Shown here: in pieces, positions 38,062 to 51,838 of the stretch
How the letters are laid out: each line of letters opens with the position of its first letter
Numbering within the stretch: position 1 is the first letter of the stretch
Assembly: GCA_964016885.1 (NCBI GenBank)
Contig: OZ024741.1
Coordinates: 132,060,001-132,124,000, forward strand
DNA length: 64,000 nucleotides
From: Eledone cirrhosa
Lineage: Eukaryota
Direction of reading: 5' to 3'
The notes under the pieces: generated by a model
Databases searched by the model: none
The model's input: the letters and a program-made list of their open reading frames with translations, nothing else
Told to the model about the DNA's origin: nothing
Made by a program: the position numbers and the translations under genes

Positions 38062-41000
38062 TTTCTTTATTAGCCACAGGGGCACAAAAGAAGGGGACAA
38101 ATACAAAGGGGGAAGTTTACATACAATAAAAACGTGTAAAATGTTATCACAAATGCAATTAAAAAAGTTAGTCGATTTTCCCCAATAAGGGGAGACAGTT
38201 TAATGGGTAACACATACCCCCGAAAAAATGTTAAACCCTCATCTCCAGGAGTACGAAGAGTTTGTACTCCTTTCCTCTCCTCCTTCTTTTCCTCAACCAA
38301 CAGGCTGATATAGAGAGAAGGCCCATTCACTCGGGCCATTCTCGCCACTTTCATCCACCTTTTATAAAACTTGCTGGGGTACAGCACCTCTCTCTCCATC
38401 CTGATTCTTCTTCCAAAGTGGTATTTGAAAAAAAGAATCAGTTGTTGGCCGGAGAGAAAGGTGTCTGACCTCAGCTCTTTCAACCTTGTCCACTATACAA
38501 CCTCTTTCGCCATAGCTATCACACAAAGGAAAACCGCCTTTCCTTCGTTTTTGAAGGAGGGTGGCGGTTTGATAATGACAATGGACTCGGTGGTCAACCA
38601 GATTGGTCCCACCCGCGACAATAGTCGTTCTACATAGCCCCACAGGTCGGTGACGCCCGGACAGTGTATGAATGCGTGCGCGACGGTTTCTTCGTCTCGC
38701 ACGCACCTCGGACAGAACTTTTTTGCAGGGTCCCTTCCCGGGCGCCCATGTCTGTAGAGCTTGTCTCGAACTGGTAGAGATCCTCGGTAGCACTGCCAGG
38801 CCAGGGACTTTTGGAAGTTTTCCATCGGTCCCGGGCGGAAGGTCCTACCGAACAGACTGGCCAGTTCGTCTTCCTCTACGCCTAGAGTTTCCCCGAGCAC
38901 GTCGTCGCACTTACTGCGGATCAACCCTCTATAGAATGACGAAGTGGAGTCTCCACTGATCGCCGGGTCCGCCTGCCAGAGGACTCTGAGCGCCTGAGCA
39001 CATTAGATGTGCCAGTCGCCCATTTTCCTCGGTCTTTGCTAGACCCAGGACTGCAGCTCGGTCAGCGAGACGAGTCGGTTGTCCGGTGAGCAATACGTAG
39101 AGATGCTGCAGCCTGAGCGTGTGTTAGCGCATCGTCAGCCACGGCATCCCCAGCGCTCCGTTGGGACGGTGTTGGCAGCAGATGGATCTTCTCACCAAAG
39201 GAGCCCGCCTCTTCCAAAGGAATTCGAAGAGCGCGCTCCATTTTGGCGAGCGTTTTGGCTGGACAAGGCACGACGGTCAAGCGGTAGTAGATGGCGGACG
39301 CTATAAAAGTGTTCTCCACATCCGCTCGAACTTTCAAGGATAGTTTGCACTCGGCCCACTTCTGGGTGAGTGCAAACACATTGGCCGACACCTCCTTCCA
39401 GTTCTTCTCCACCTGGAGGTCCGTACCAAACCAGACCCCGAGCAGCTTTACTGGTCCAGCGTCCGACGACGCCATCGGAAGGCATCGATTTGCCTCTCCA
39501 CGATCCGAGTTGCAAACCGATGGACTTGTCCCGGTTCAGCTTCACCCCTGTGAACCTTTCGTATTCCTTCAGTAAGGTGCCGACTTCCTCGATTTGCGAG
39601 GCGCTCGACACCATAACTGTCACGTCGTCGGCGTAGGCCGACGCCGCTTTCCGCAGTCCCGGTTCCAGAGGGATGCCCTGCAATAGCTCCAACTTCCGCA
39701 GTACTGGCTCGATAGTCAGTACGTACAGAAGGGAGGATAGAGGGCATCCCTGTCGAATGGATCGCGTGATATGAAACGGCTCCGAGAGGTAGCCGTTCAC
39801 CTTAACCCTTGAGCAGAAGTTGCTGTTGTGCATTGCAGCAATCCAGCCGCTGAACACGGGCCCGAAGCCTCCCGCCTCGAGCACCGCATCCAGGTAACGA
39901 TGGTCAACCCTATCGAAAGCCTTAGACTGATCCAAGTTGATCAGGGCACCACCGAAGCCGGGTTTACACCCCACCCTCTCTATGATGTATCGCATGAGGT
40001 GGAGGTTGTCGTGTATGGACCTGGTCGGGATTTCGCATGTCTGCGCTTCTCTCACCAGGTTCTCGACGACAGGCGCCAGCCTCTTTGCCAACACCTTGGC
40101 CAAAATCTGTAACTCTGTGTGTAGCAGAGTTATGGGCCGGATGTTGCCTATGTCATCCCCATTATTCTCGTCCTTCCTGACTAGTGTGACTACGCCTCCG
40201 GTCACAGAACTGGGAATTCTAACGTTCTGTTGCCAGTTGCAGTAGACCGCTTCCAGGAGACCGGAGAATAAGTCCGGCATTGCTACGTAAAATTCGTAGG
40301 GTAGACCGTCGAGACCTGGAGATTTGCGTTTGCCGCATTGGCTCAGCGCGTCCCCTATCTCAGCGGCTGAAATCGGCTTTTCGCAGAACTTTGCCTCGCT
40401 GTCCGAGAGTCGCGGTAGGCCGTCGAGGTATGGACCGAAATCCATAGCCCCTCCCTCCGCTGAAAGGCCGCACACATCTGCTTCGGCTCACGTATCACGC
40501 GTCCGTTTTGGTCCTTCAAAGACCGAATCGTGGACTTGTTGCCACTTTTTGCCTCCGTCACTCGGGCCCAGCTAACAGCTTTGGCTCCATCGTTTCCCAG
40601 AGCACGTAGTTTGCTTCTGACAACGCAGCCCTCATGCTTTGCGTCGAAGAACTGGTCCAAGGCCGTTCTCGTTGCTAGCACGCTGGCTACTTTGCCACTT
40701 CTTATTGCCTCTTCTACTTTATCTACCATTTCTTTCTCGGTTCTATTTCTATCTAACGCTAATTCTTTACTAAAACCTAACGAGTCTAATCTAACTGCCC
40801 TCTTGAGAGAGTACCACCATCTGTTGTTGACAATGGCCCCTGTTAAGTGCTGTTTAACTAAAGCGCTAATCCGTCTACTGTAGACTTTGCATGTCGGTAA
40901 CGACAAGTTCAGCTTCCAGTAGCCGGTTCCTTGTCTATGGGTTCTATCAAGGCTGGCCATGCAGGTCACTAGTTTGTGATCTGAATAGGCAACCATGAAC

Positions 41001-43870
41001 ATTTGTGGACAGCTTAACATGTCCCTATCCTTATTTCTAACTAGAACCCTATCTAGGTACGATCTAGATGTTCCGCTACGATTAGTCCACGTCCACAGTG
41101 GCACGGTCGGAAAATCTAGTCGATATCTATCGGCCAGGTCAAATCGGCCGATTAACTGTTTGAGGCTGTTACACCCTCCCCCCCCCTTTATCGGGACATG
41201 CTCCCACATAGTCCCAACGTGCATCTAGGATTCCATTCCAGTTCCCCACTAAAAGCAAGGAGCGGGACGTTCCCAGAAAAGTCTCTAGACGTTTGAAGAA
41301 GTCTGGCCGCGGTGTCCCAGATGGGGCATATGCGGCCACCAGCCTGAAGGCTCCACCTTCACTACCGTCAACGTCTAGGACCACCAGTTGACCCTCCGGG
41401 TCCAGATGTACCGTCTGTGTTACTAGACCCAGGTGTTTCCGCAGCAAAACGGCAACCCCGCCCCCACCCCCCGGCCGACAGAGAGATGCGTAGATCTCAA
41501 AGTCATCGAAGATGGGGGCCAGCTGTCGCTGGCTGTGGATCCTAGACTCGCAAATGGCTACTACATCCATACTGTGCGACCTGAGGTCGTTTAAGAGTTT
41601 GCCCTGTTTCCAGGGCATCCCCAGGCCGCGTACATTCACACATCCAACTCTTATATTGGCCATGTTGGTTCTGAAAAGTTAAAAGAGGAGAAGAAAACAC
41701 TCACCTCTTCGTCTCCCGGGATCAGGCCGCACGGTTTCCATGGGGGTGTTAGAGGGGTTGTCTGGGTGGATGGTGGTTTCCGGTGGGGTGGGGACGGAGA
41801 TGTTGGTGGGGTGGGGGTGTCTAGGGTGAGGGTGGGGAAACTTTTTAAAAGGACGCGGTTAATGGGTTTAACACAAGGATTACCCACGTCCTTAGGAAAG
41901 TTTTCCTTTAAAGACTTATAGGTGTCCGTAGGGACCCTAATCATCTTTAAATTAGGTTTATCTACACAGTTCGAAAAAGTTTTCCCTTCGGTTTTCACCA
42001 AAGGGTCGTTGGAGATGACCTCCATTAAAGTTTTGTTTTTACTGTTTATGTATGTGTAATGTTCTTGTTGTGTTGCGGTGGTTTTTGTCTGTTGTTCTTG
42101 TGGGAGCTTTCGTTTTGTTGTAGGTGTTTGTGTTTGGAGTGATGGCGTGGTTTTGTTTACAGGATGGAGGGGGGGGGGGTTGTTTGTAATGTTTGTGTTG
42201 TTTGTGTTGGTGATTGTATGTTTGTAGTGATGTTTGTTGTTTTTTTGTTCTTGTGGTGTCTTTTCTTCTTTCTTTTCGAACGGAGAGGCTCTCCCTCATC
42301 ATCACTTGGTGATGATGTGGGGGCCTGGTCCGTTGTGGTGTCTGTGTTATTTGGAAGGGATATGTTTTGGGGAGCTGTTGTGTTTGTGGGTGTTTTTGCA
42401 GTGGTTTTAGGTGGAGTGGGGTTGGGTGGGACTGTGCTTGCAGGTTGGTTTGTTGTTCTTGTTTTGGTTGTGTTTGCGTGTTGTTGTTGTTGTTATTGTT
42501 GTTGTTGTAGCGGTGGTGGTGGTGGTGGTGGTGGTGGTGGTGGTGGTGGTGGTGGTGGTGGTGGTGGTGGTGATGGTGGCGGTGGTTGTGTTGTTGTTTT
42601 GGGTGTTGGCAGTAGTGCCTCTTTTTTTTTTTAGTTAACTGAGGACAGTAAGACTTTAGGTGACCACTGCTTAAACAGTGGTAACATGAAGGCCGCCTAC
42701 TCTCAACAGAAATGTTTATGTGTGAAATTCCATCCAGAGGCACACGTTGGGGTATTTTAGCTATCCGTTCTGGCCTCATTTGGACCAGAACTTCTATGCT
42801 TGTACCGTTGAATGTGCCTCTGGAGGACTTTCCCACCGAAATGATGGTGTCTTCGTCGAAATCGATGAAGCTAGTTAGAATCAACCAGACGTTTACATTT
42901 GGTGCAATGTTCGAAATTTTTATTTTTTGTGTTCTTTTTCCCATATATGTGGGGAAAAGGGTGTAAAAGGGGGGGACACAATCGGCGATACAGAATATTT
43001 TTGTGCTGTCAATTGGTCTTTCAACAACACCGAAATGTTTCCAAAAAGTTTCCCTTTTTGGATGAAGGCAATATCCTTCATGGAATTCTTCAGAACCAGT
43101 TCAATATCGTTTTGGGATAATTGAAGTGGTTTTTTCGACACATTTGAAACCGTCCTAAAAATTACTGTTTTTAGAACAGTTTCTCTGCGTAACTGTTGAG
43201 GAGAAGTGATGCTGAAAGCACCACTCTCACCAAAAGTTACGTACTGTTTTGCATCGCTTAACATTTCCCTAGCATTGGAAATGTCAAGGTATGTAAACAG
43301 TTCCGTCTTTTGGACGGTTTGAGCAAAGGAAATCTTTTCCTTGTTCGTGGAGTTGTTCGTGTTGCTGTTGTTGTTGGTGGTGGTGTTGTTATCATTGTTG
43401 CTGTTGTTGTTCTTGTTGTCATTATTGTTGTTGTTGTTGTTGTTGTTCTGGTTGGTGTTGTTTATATTTTGCATGTTATTGGTGTTTGTGTTAGTGTTGA
43501 TGTTACAATCAACGTCCGACATCGTGTTTTCAAAACTGACGACATTTTCGATGTCTTTCAATGAGGTGGTGAGAGGAGGTGACTGCGAGCTTAACACTCT
43601 TACCGCCTCTCCACCACTTCTAGTTATGAACGCAGCGTTCATGACTGAATGCAATGTTTGTTTACACTTATTTTTTCACCGGCGAAATTTTTTTCCCAAA
43701 CGAAAATTTCACCCCAGGGAGGGGTGAAGATGACTTGACCCACCGTCTGAAAGTCCACACGTGGGGTCAAGCTATAAAATAGTAATAAATTTAACAATAA
43801 ATTTTTGATTTCTTACTTAGAAAATCAACAAAAACTTACCAGCGAACTGGCACAGTGCAAGTTACACCAG
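38062..43870 (-). mobile_element. Tx1-clade LINE B, near full length, decayed
   Basis: ORF1 CYHCLSSGHLKSYC. ORF2 MANIRVGCVNVRGL (41663), KSPGLDGLP, RQGCPLS, AYADD, CPRC..H...C. Same 3' end as A. The 5' end position is approximate. Confidence 0.9.
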
Positions 43871-44444
43871 TATACTCAGCTGAAAGTACCAGTAGTAGCT
43901 GGGGTTTAACCAGCTACTTTATAAATACAGCACACTATAGTGTACTCCTGTTTAGGAACTACAAAACACCCTCCTGTCCCTCGTTTTCCTTCTTTGGAAA
44001 AAAATCAGCTGTTTTCAGATCTGAAGAAAGATGGTCTCTGTCCGGTTGAAAATTATGAAAAACATCCCCATCAGGCTTTATGGGTCCATACATACACACA
44101 AAGCTGCTTCAAAAAAGAAATCGTGTTATTGGTAGGGGAGGTAACTCTTCAGACATGTTTAGATAAATTATTTAAGCTGGGAAATTGTATGTGTATTACT
44201 TTTTGTATAGAGTTGTTGCATCAAAACAAGTTGTAAACACATTTGGGTGAATTCAAAGTGTTGTACATACCGCGTGATGTTAACTGAAAAATGTGTTGGT
44301 TAAGCAGTACAATATAAATGGTAATAAGGAAATGAAAAAATATAGTGAAGAAAAAGAAGGAAAAGAAATTAAGCAACGAAAGAAAAGGAAAGGTGAGATG
44401 GATTTACAGACTGTGCACACCAATCTGAGCGGTATGTTTCAGCT

Positions 44445-45235
44445 ACGTCACGCGGACAAAATGGCGAAGGTATTGCCGCAGAGAATGGCCAGCGACACTT
44501 GCTACAACAGCCACTCCACTTCACGGAGCTCCTTGCTCAGACGGGCGGCTTTCTTCCCGATTTTGTTGACCGGCACCGAATGGTAGTGGTTGGTCAATCC
44601 CCAGTATTAGGTTGTTTTCCTCTCCTCTACGTTGAGTGTGCCTGGTTTTGTAGCCAAAGAGACAAGGTTGGATACGGAGAACGAGTTGGAGCACGTAGCG
44701 TCTCAGATTAGGGTTTTACGTCCCTCGAATGAGAAGGAAGTTATCCCGTCTGGGCGCTTACCATCACTGATATCAGGGTCAGCTCGCTTCAGTTGTGACG
44801 GGAAGCTGGTCATTTTGTTCAGAGCGATTTGTCTAGGGAATTAACATGCGCTATGAGGGCAGAAAAGTGGGTCCAGACCGAATTCGTCAACAACAGCTCC
44901 GCAGGACTCAGATGCGAGAGCACTCATCACCAAGAAAGTTATCGGTTGATGAGGATGGCATCGAATTGAGCCATACGCCGCTCTTTGCCTAGGAGGAAGA
45001 TCGGAGGCAGGCGAGACGGTATTAGGAAGACGCGATCCTCCTGAAGGTTGACCTGCGCTTCATATCATCGCAGTTGTGTTGGACATCTGCATACTGTGGA
45101 ATGGCGAGGCCTTCATCGATCCAATCAGTCATATTTGACTACAGTACCCGGCTCGCGCACGATCCTGTTGTCCAGAGGAGGACCTCGCTGATGAGGGTGC
45201 GGCTAGAGGAGATTGGAGATAGATAGGCTGGCCGT
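44445..45235 (-). mobile_element. CRE-clade non-LTR 3' fragment, decayed
   Basis: SGVWLNSMPSS, CGAVVD, DGKRPDGIT...LI*DATC, WLL*QVSLAILCGN. Confidence 0.75.
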
Positions 45236-45838
45236 GTAACTGTATATAGACTTCCAGTCGTAATCTGGAATAGTAGTTTAGTTTAGACCAGAAGAATCAA
45301 GAATTAACGTAACATCAACTGCAGAAACGAGATTATCAACAACGGCCGAGAGTTTGTTGTGAACAGCAGCAACAGCAGCAGCAGCAGTTGTAGCTGTAGA
45401 TGTAAATAACATTTTAGATTAAAAATATATTTATTTAAAACAAGAAATCATAACCCAATTTGCAATTTTGTGTAATCGTAAATATGCTTATTTCAAAATA
45501 CAATTTTTTTTTTTTTTTTTTTTCATGTCTAGCGATTGTACACAATTTTTGTTTACAGCTATAAGCACACTGCCATCATAATTCTCATATCAGAGAAGAA
45601 TTATGCCTTTATACATCAAGACACTCTTTCTCACATGGTACATCAGACATCGAGAAAGACACTACCTACAAGGGAAATAATTCATTATTACTTTTTCTAA
45701 TTTCCTCCCTTGTTTCATGTAAATATTATTCAGCGTTCCGTGACAAAATTATTTTTCCTACGTAGGTATACGCATACAAACATGACAAAATCAAATTTTT
45801 CGTACACACATACACGCACGCGCACATACACACACTCT

Positions 45839-45899
<61 letters not shown>

Positions 45900-45984
45900 G
45901 TATACTTGCATACACAAACACATACATTCACTCATGCGCATGCACACACAAACTCATATAAGTAACCGACAGTTTTAAATTTGA

Positions 45985-46190
45985 AAAGTACATATTCGCC
46001 GTCGAGACTTCAGGCCTCCTCGGACCCCGGACAGCTAGCCTTTTCCTTAAAAATCGGATCGATATCAAACTGTCTGGGGAACGAGCCTCGCGAGGAAGAG
46101 TGGCTATTGCAGCGTGTGTTGCTGGCCATTGCCCACGAAAATACCTTTGCCATTTTGTCCGCAGAGCACAGCCAAAACACCACTCTGACC
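45985..46190 (+). mobile_element. CRE-clade 3' fragment
   Basis: FAVETSGLLGP...EPREEEWLLQRVLLAI. Confidence 0.7.
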
Positions 46191-46343
46191 TAGGTGTAGC
46201 GTCTATCACCCTCACCCCCTTTTCTTTCTTCCTTTGTCTAGTAATCCTTAATCTTTCCCTCCTTTTCCTCTCATTTGTGGCATTTATAGTCCTTTCCAAT
46301 ACTGTTCTTTTTTTCTGTATGTTTAACCATATATATATATATA

Positions 46344-46496
46344 CCGTATTTTCTGACGTCAAAGACGCTACTTTTTCCTAAAATAAGTCACAAAAATGTA
46401 CCATGCGTCCTGGAGGCGGAAGATTGTTTATCATTTTTTTTTTTCTTCAAATTTTTAGTTGTCAAAATTAGGGTGCGTCCTCGAGGACGAATACAG
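46344..46496. mobile_element. Second copy of the pogo/mariner-type MITE
   Basis: Collinear with 12706-12870; TA flanks. Confidence 0.85.
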
Positions 46497-46581
46497 TATT
46501 TCTTCAAAATACAAAGAAAATTAGGACTCCAAGGCTTCATTTATGAAAATATAGTAAAAGACAACATTTACATCTTTAAAT

Positions 46582-46780
46582 ACGAGAATCAGCTGAAAGG
46601 TTCATAGGCTGACCAAGATATTCTCATGGAATGACGAAATGAGGTTTGTTTTTCAGCATAGTCCCAGGAAAGAAACTGCAGTTATTAATATAAAAAGTTG
46701 AAATTAAAACATGCAAGATTTCATAGTCCTAGCATCACTCCTTCACAGTCAGCCTATGAACTTGTATATCATAGTTCGAA
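46582..46780. mobile_element. Mariner-type MITE, decayed (related copy at 49901-50075)
   Basis: TIR remnant GTTCATAGGCTGAC / GTCAGCCTATGAAC; starts TA-CGAG. Confidence 0.7.
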
Positions 46781-47021
46781 TGACAGAGAATGGGGTGTGG
46801 GGGAGGGGACAGACAGACAGAGTAGTCTACACACAACCAGGTCGATAATTGTTGTTTCATAACACTAAAACAGAGAAGCTCGATTCTCATCCCAGCGTGA
46901 CTGACTGCATGCAAATATTCATTTATTTAAAACTCATGCAATACTAGGGCTATAACCAATGTGTAATATGTAACTCACAGGTGCGCACGCACGCTCATAC
47001 ATACATACATACATACATACA

Positions 47022-47054
<33 letters not shown>

Positions 47055-47057
47055 GAT

Positions 47058-47661
47058 GGCTGCCAACTCGTTTTCGAGTACGGCCACTACTTTATATCCA
47101 TGTAGGAGAACCCCTACCGATGCGCTGAACGAGTGTGACTGTTTAGTCCAGCCAGTGACTTGAAAACTCTGGTACAAACACTACACTTGAGACAATTATT
47201 GACACATAGTGCTGGGCCCATGGTACCATGTGACGACAAGTGCAGAGGGATCTCCAGATATAAAGCAATGGCTGTGCCGTGAAGCTTTTATAGTGAGCAA
47301 AGGCACTGCACAAAGCCAGTTCCACTCTCTTAACCAAGATGATATTTACCAAAAAGAAGAACAAGTCAACATCATTGGATACCATCAGGGTTGCAGGTGT
47401 TATATCAGAGTTTTCCTTCTCCTAGAATTCTGCCTTGACAAAGGCTAAGGGGTCATCTCTCCCGGTGACTTTGGATGGCCATTGACTCTTAAGAGCTCCT
47501 TTGCCCTTTGACAGATTTTGATTTTAGTCCTGCAGGATGTCCAAAGTCACCCTCCTCACCAAGAAACCTTGGTGGGGTTGCCAGTTTAGTTGCCAATGAC
47601 CCGACCATGAGACAGGTTGTACTAGGATACATGTTACCAGTAGCACCAACTGGTGACCTGA
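47058..47661 (-). mobile_element. Non-autonomous RTE-derived element, copy 1
   Basis: RTE-like 5' UTR motif CTAGGAGAAGGAAAACTCTGA; 3' end encodes a C2H2 remnant; (TATG)n tail. Confidence 0.7.
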
Positions 47662-47944
47662 CATATGCGGATGTTCGCTTTCTCGGCGGGACGCCGCTCT
47701 GCGACCTGCGGACACCGCGCGCCATCCATCCTGACGGGAACGGGTCGCGACGACGGATCGAAGGGGAAGCGCGTCCGATGCCGGCACCCCGCGAATCGTA
47801 ACGTCGTCGAAACGAGAGACCGCCGACGACGGCGCCTTCAAACAGCAGCGGACTGAGTCCCCTCGCGATCGCGGTAAACGGTCCTACATACATGCATACA
47901 TACATACATACATACATACATACATACATACATACATACATAGT

Positions 47945-49005
47945 GATTGCTTCATATTTGCATATAATCGCAGTCTTCCTTTGCACCCCCATCAACCGTC
48001 ACCAACGTCTGTTCATGGCCTCTTAGGTGGCTTTTAAGTCCAGCTTTAGATTTTCATGGTCTGCAGCAAATATGACAGACAAATGATGTACCCTCTATTG
48101 GATTGATTGGGTCAGTTTATGGGATATCATCCTTAGGTCCCCTTATATGCATTTTAAGACCAGAGATTGATTTGCAGATCTTTTTGCACACCACACATGT
48201 TGTCTCACCTAGCATTGGAGGGATAGAGTTGCATACAGTTGGCGTTTTATGTGATTTTAAATGAGTCATGTACCCAGATTTAGAGATCAGTGGACGACCA
48301 CACACTTCACAAATCCAGCTCCCTGTGTTCTTATTGATGTTCATACTGTGGCCTTTTCGAGGCTGACGTTTAAGTTTTTCATGGACAAGACGTCTCTCTT
48401 CAAACATTCTGCAGCCTTCCTTCACATGTCCTCTCCATTCAAGCCTCTTTAAAGCAAGCACTTTCCAGTTCTGAATTTCAAACTGTAGATCCTTAATGGT
48501 TTTCTTTGTTTGAGCTGAGGGCGTTTCTCAATGTGCAATTGACTCTAAAATAGTTGTTTTGGGAGTCTTTCCTCATTTATGCGCTTAACATGGCCTACGA
48601 AATGCATTTGAGAGGGTATGATGGTAAATTCAATGCTCGTGCAACTAGCATCTATAAGGATTTGTGTGACAGCTATTTTTGCTGTCATTTGATGTTTAGG
48701 ATTCGTCTTAAACACTTTTGATTAAAGTGTTCAAGCAAATTAAGATGATGTCTACGATGTACTGTCCACGTTTCCGAAGAGTACAACAGAGCACCCAGAA
48801 TGGAGGCCTTGTGCACACTAATCTTGCTCTTGATATTGATGCCATGATCCGCCAACACTTTCTTTTCAAGTATTTCGAAGGCTACAGAGGCCTTCTGAAT
48901 GCGCAGGTATATTTCTGCATCCAGTGAACAATCCTTCGATAAGGCACTGCCCAGGTAAACAAAAGTGTCAACTACACCCAACCTAGATCCATGCACCATT
49001 ATATT
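47945..49005 (-). mobile_element. RTE/BovB-like LINE 3' part with C-terminal C2H2 fingers
   Basis: VDTFVYLGS...RIQKASVAF...LLYSSETW...CLRRILNIK; CEVCGRPLISKSGYMTHLKSH. Confidence 0.85.
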
Positions 49006-49184
49006 TAGCTCAATATACTACGTTAGACTTTTTTAGATTAATTTTAATGCCAAAGGCATTACAAGATACATACATACATACATACATACATACATACATA
49101 CATACATACATACATACGTACATACATACATACATACATACATACATACATACATACATACATACATACATACATGGTGGTAGT

Positions 49185-49785
49185 GGCTGCCAACTCGTTT
49201 TCGAGTACGGCCACTACTTTATATCCATGTAGGAGAACCCCTACCGAACCCCTACGAGTGTGATTGTTTAGTCCAGCCAGCGACTTGAAAACTCTGGTAC
49301 AAACACTACACTTGTGACAATTATTGACACATAGTGCTGGGCCCATGCTACCATGTGATGACAAGTGCAGAGAGATCTCCAGATACAAAGCAATGCCTGT
49401 GCCGTGAAGCTTTTATAGTGAGCAAAGGCACTGAACAAAGCCAGTCCCACTCTCTAAACCAAGATGATATTTACCAAAAAGAAGAACAAATCAACATCAT
49501 TGGATACCATCAGGTTTGCAGGTGTTATATCAGAGTTTTCCTTCTCCTAGAATTCTGCCTTGACAAAGGCTAAGGGGTCATCTCTCCCGGTGAATTTGGA
49601 TGGCCATTGACTCTTAAGAGCTCCTTTGCCCTTTGACAGGTTTTGTTTTTAGTCCTGCAGGATGTCCAAAGTCACCCTCCTCACCAAGAAACTTTGGTGG
49701 GGTTGCCATTTTAGTCGCCAACGACCCGACCATGAGACAGGTTGTACTGGATACATGTTACCAGTAGCACCAACTGGTGACCTGA
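49185..49785 (-). mobile_element. Non-autonomous RTE-derived element, copy 2
   Basis: Highly similar to 47058-47661; (CATA)n on both sides. Confidence 0.75.
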
Positions 49786-50199
49786 CATACATACATACAT
49801 ACATACATACATACATACATACATACATACATACATACATACATACATACATACATACATACATACATACATACATACAAATATATATATATATGTACAT
49901 ACGAGTTCGGATGAAAAGTTCACTTGTTGTCTAAAATACTCTCATGTGATGACCAAATGAGGTTTAGTTTTCAACATAATCCCTAAGAAAAGTTGAAATT
50001 AATGTATGCAAGATTTCACAGCTCGAGCATCAATCCTTCATAATCAGCCTATGAACTTTTCCGCCGACCTTCGAATATAAGAATGATGAATAAGGCAGTG
50101 TTCTGGAATCTTATATCATTTTATTAAATATCTCATTGCTATTATGCGCATTTCAATCGTATTATATAATTGATATGATATCGTCAAATAACCATTGTG

Positions 50200-51240
50200 T
50201 AATTATTCATACTGTGGTATGTCCAGGGCTAGTATTTTCGATGTTGTCACCTCAAGTCCACAAACATATGAAGCTGCAATCCGGTACATACATAATAGAC
50301 CTAATATAGTTCTATGGGACAGAGAACAAAGCTAATGAAATGCTGTAGGAGTCAGTTACCCAGCAGATGTGAATGCATCGTCTAATATTAAAGGGAAAAA
50401 ACATTTATGGTGAGCTGATATGGAACTCACATAAATTCACATTTGTACCTGATATCCGAAAGCCTTCTTGGCCTCTACAAATACTTGCTTCTTTCTTGTC
50501 ATTCTGCATCTCCTCGACAAATCTTCTTAGTTCAAAGATATGTGGTGTAGTAGAGTGAGTTTGGCAAAATACATTTTGGCCGGGGCGTTGAAAGTTTTTG
50601 ATGACGTGTCTGATTCTATTCACAACCAATCTATTATAAACCTTTGCTGAAATGTTGGTAAAACTGGTGCTTCTATTGTTTATGCGTATGGAGATATTTT
50701 CCTTTTTAGGTCATAGTACTGTTCCTAGTATTTCCCATTCCTTAGGTCTGTAACCTTCAAATGTTTCAATGCAGAAATCTCTTAGAAACTTGTGAGCTGT
50801 AGGTAGTTTCCATAGGTCTGTAGTTAGGCCATGAAACCCGGGATATTTGCCTGGTTTCATTGATTATCTCTGATTGGATTTCAAATATTGGGTACATATC
50901 TATGTCAAAGTCACAATGTTTGTCTGCTAATAGGAGCTTGTGAAAGTGCTCCTTTCTAGTTGAAAAGCGGTCTTCTCCTTGGATATATGCCACATTCTTT
51001 ATCATAGCAGAAAATTGTTTTACCAATATCCAAGCTTCTTTAAAACTGTTGTTCTAACTGTCCTCAAAATTAGTCAGGCTTTGGTTGATTCTTTCACGCT
51101 CCAAATTTTCGAAAGTAGAATGCTGGAATTTCTAGTGATTTACCTCTGAAACCATAGATTTTAGGGTGGAATTACTAAGTGTAAACATTGTCATACTTTT
51201 CATAGTATGTGTGGCCCGACAGGGGTGTCTTGGTAGGTTT
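50200..51240 (-). pseudogene. Decayed RTE-X-like RT fragment
   Basis: NNRSTSFTNISAKVYNRLVVNRIR, STTPHIFELRRFVEE. Confidence 0.6.
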
Positions 51241-51389
51241 ACTTAATCTACTTCATTACAGATAGATACAAATGAAGCTGGCAAGGATTCAAATTGAGTT
51301 GTCAATTGTTCTTGCAAGGTTGACATTTTCCAATAAAGCCGTTTTTCACTGGCTTTCCTAGTTGGACGAAGGCCAGTTGACGTTTCACT

Positions 51390-51838
51390 GTATTTATGTA
51401 AACAACCAACTAGTGACGAGTAAATAAACACATAAATAAGTAAATAAAATAAGTAAACACATAAATAAGTAAATAAACACACACACACGGATGTAACATA
51501 TGCGCAAACCAAGCACAGAGTACACAACACACGAAAACAAGATGGTGTAGGACAGAACAAAGGAGAGACACAAAATAAAAACATGGTCACTGAAGATGTC
51601 ACAGAATGTGTGACGAAAGAGCTTTGACAGTATATAAACAACCATCCAGTTATCGAATCAACCAACCAACCAGCCAACCAACCAACCAGCCAACCAACCG
51701 GAAATTCAAAATAAATTGACGTGACAACCAACAGGTGCGTGTGTCTTTATTGGCAGCTTGACCCTCCCAAAGTATAACAATATCTTTTTAACACACATTT
51801 TCAGAAAGGAAATCTTGCAAAGCAAATTCAAAAAGGAA

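Noticed and set aside
44495-44530. Purine tract + TGTAGCA (minus; also about 60070) as a PPT/LTR start, or the shared TAG as recoding
   Set aside because: It translates as the CRE C-terminal WLLQ motif and the third copy (46100-46115) has CAG; best explained as decay.
47570-47661. HDV-like ribozyme at the 5' end of the RTE derivative
   Set aside because: P4/J4-2/P2-like pieces are present, but I could not assign P1 or a normal L3; not called.
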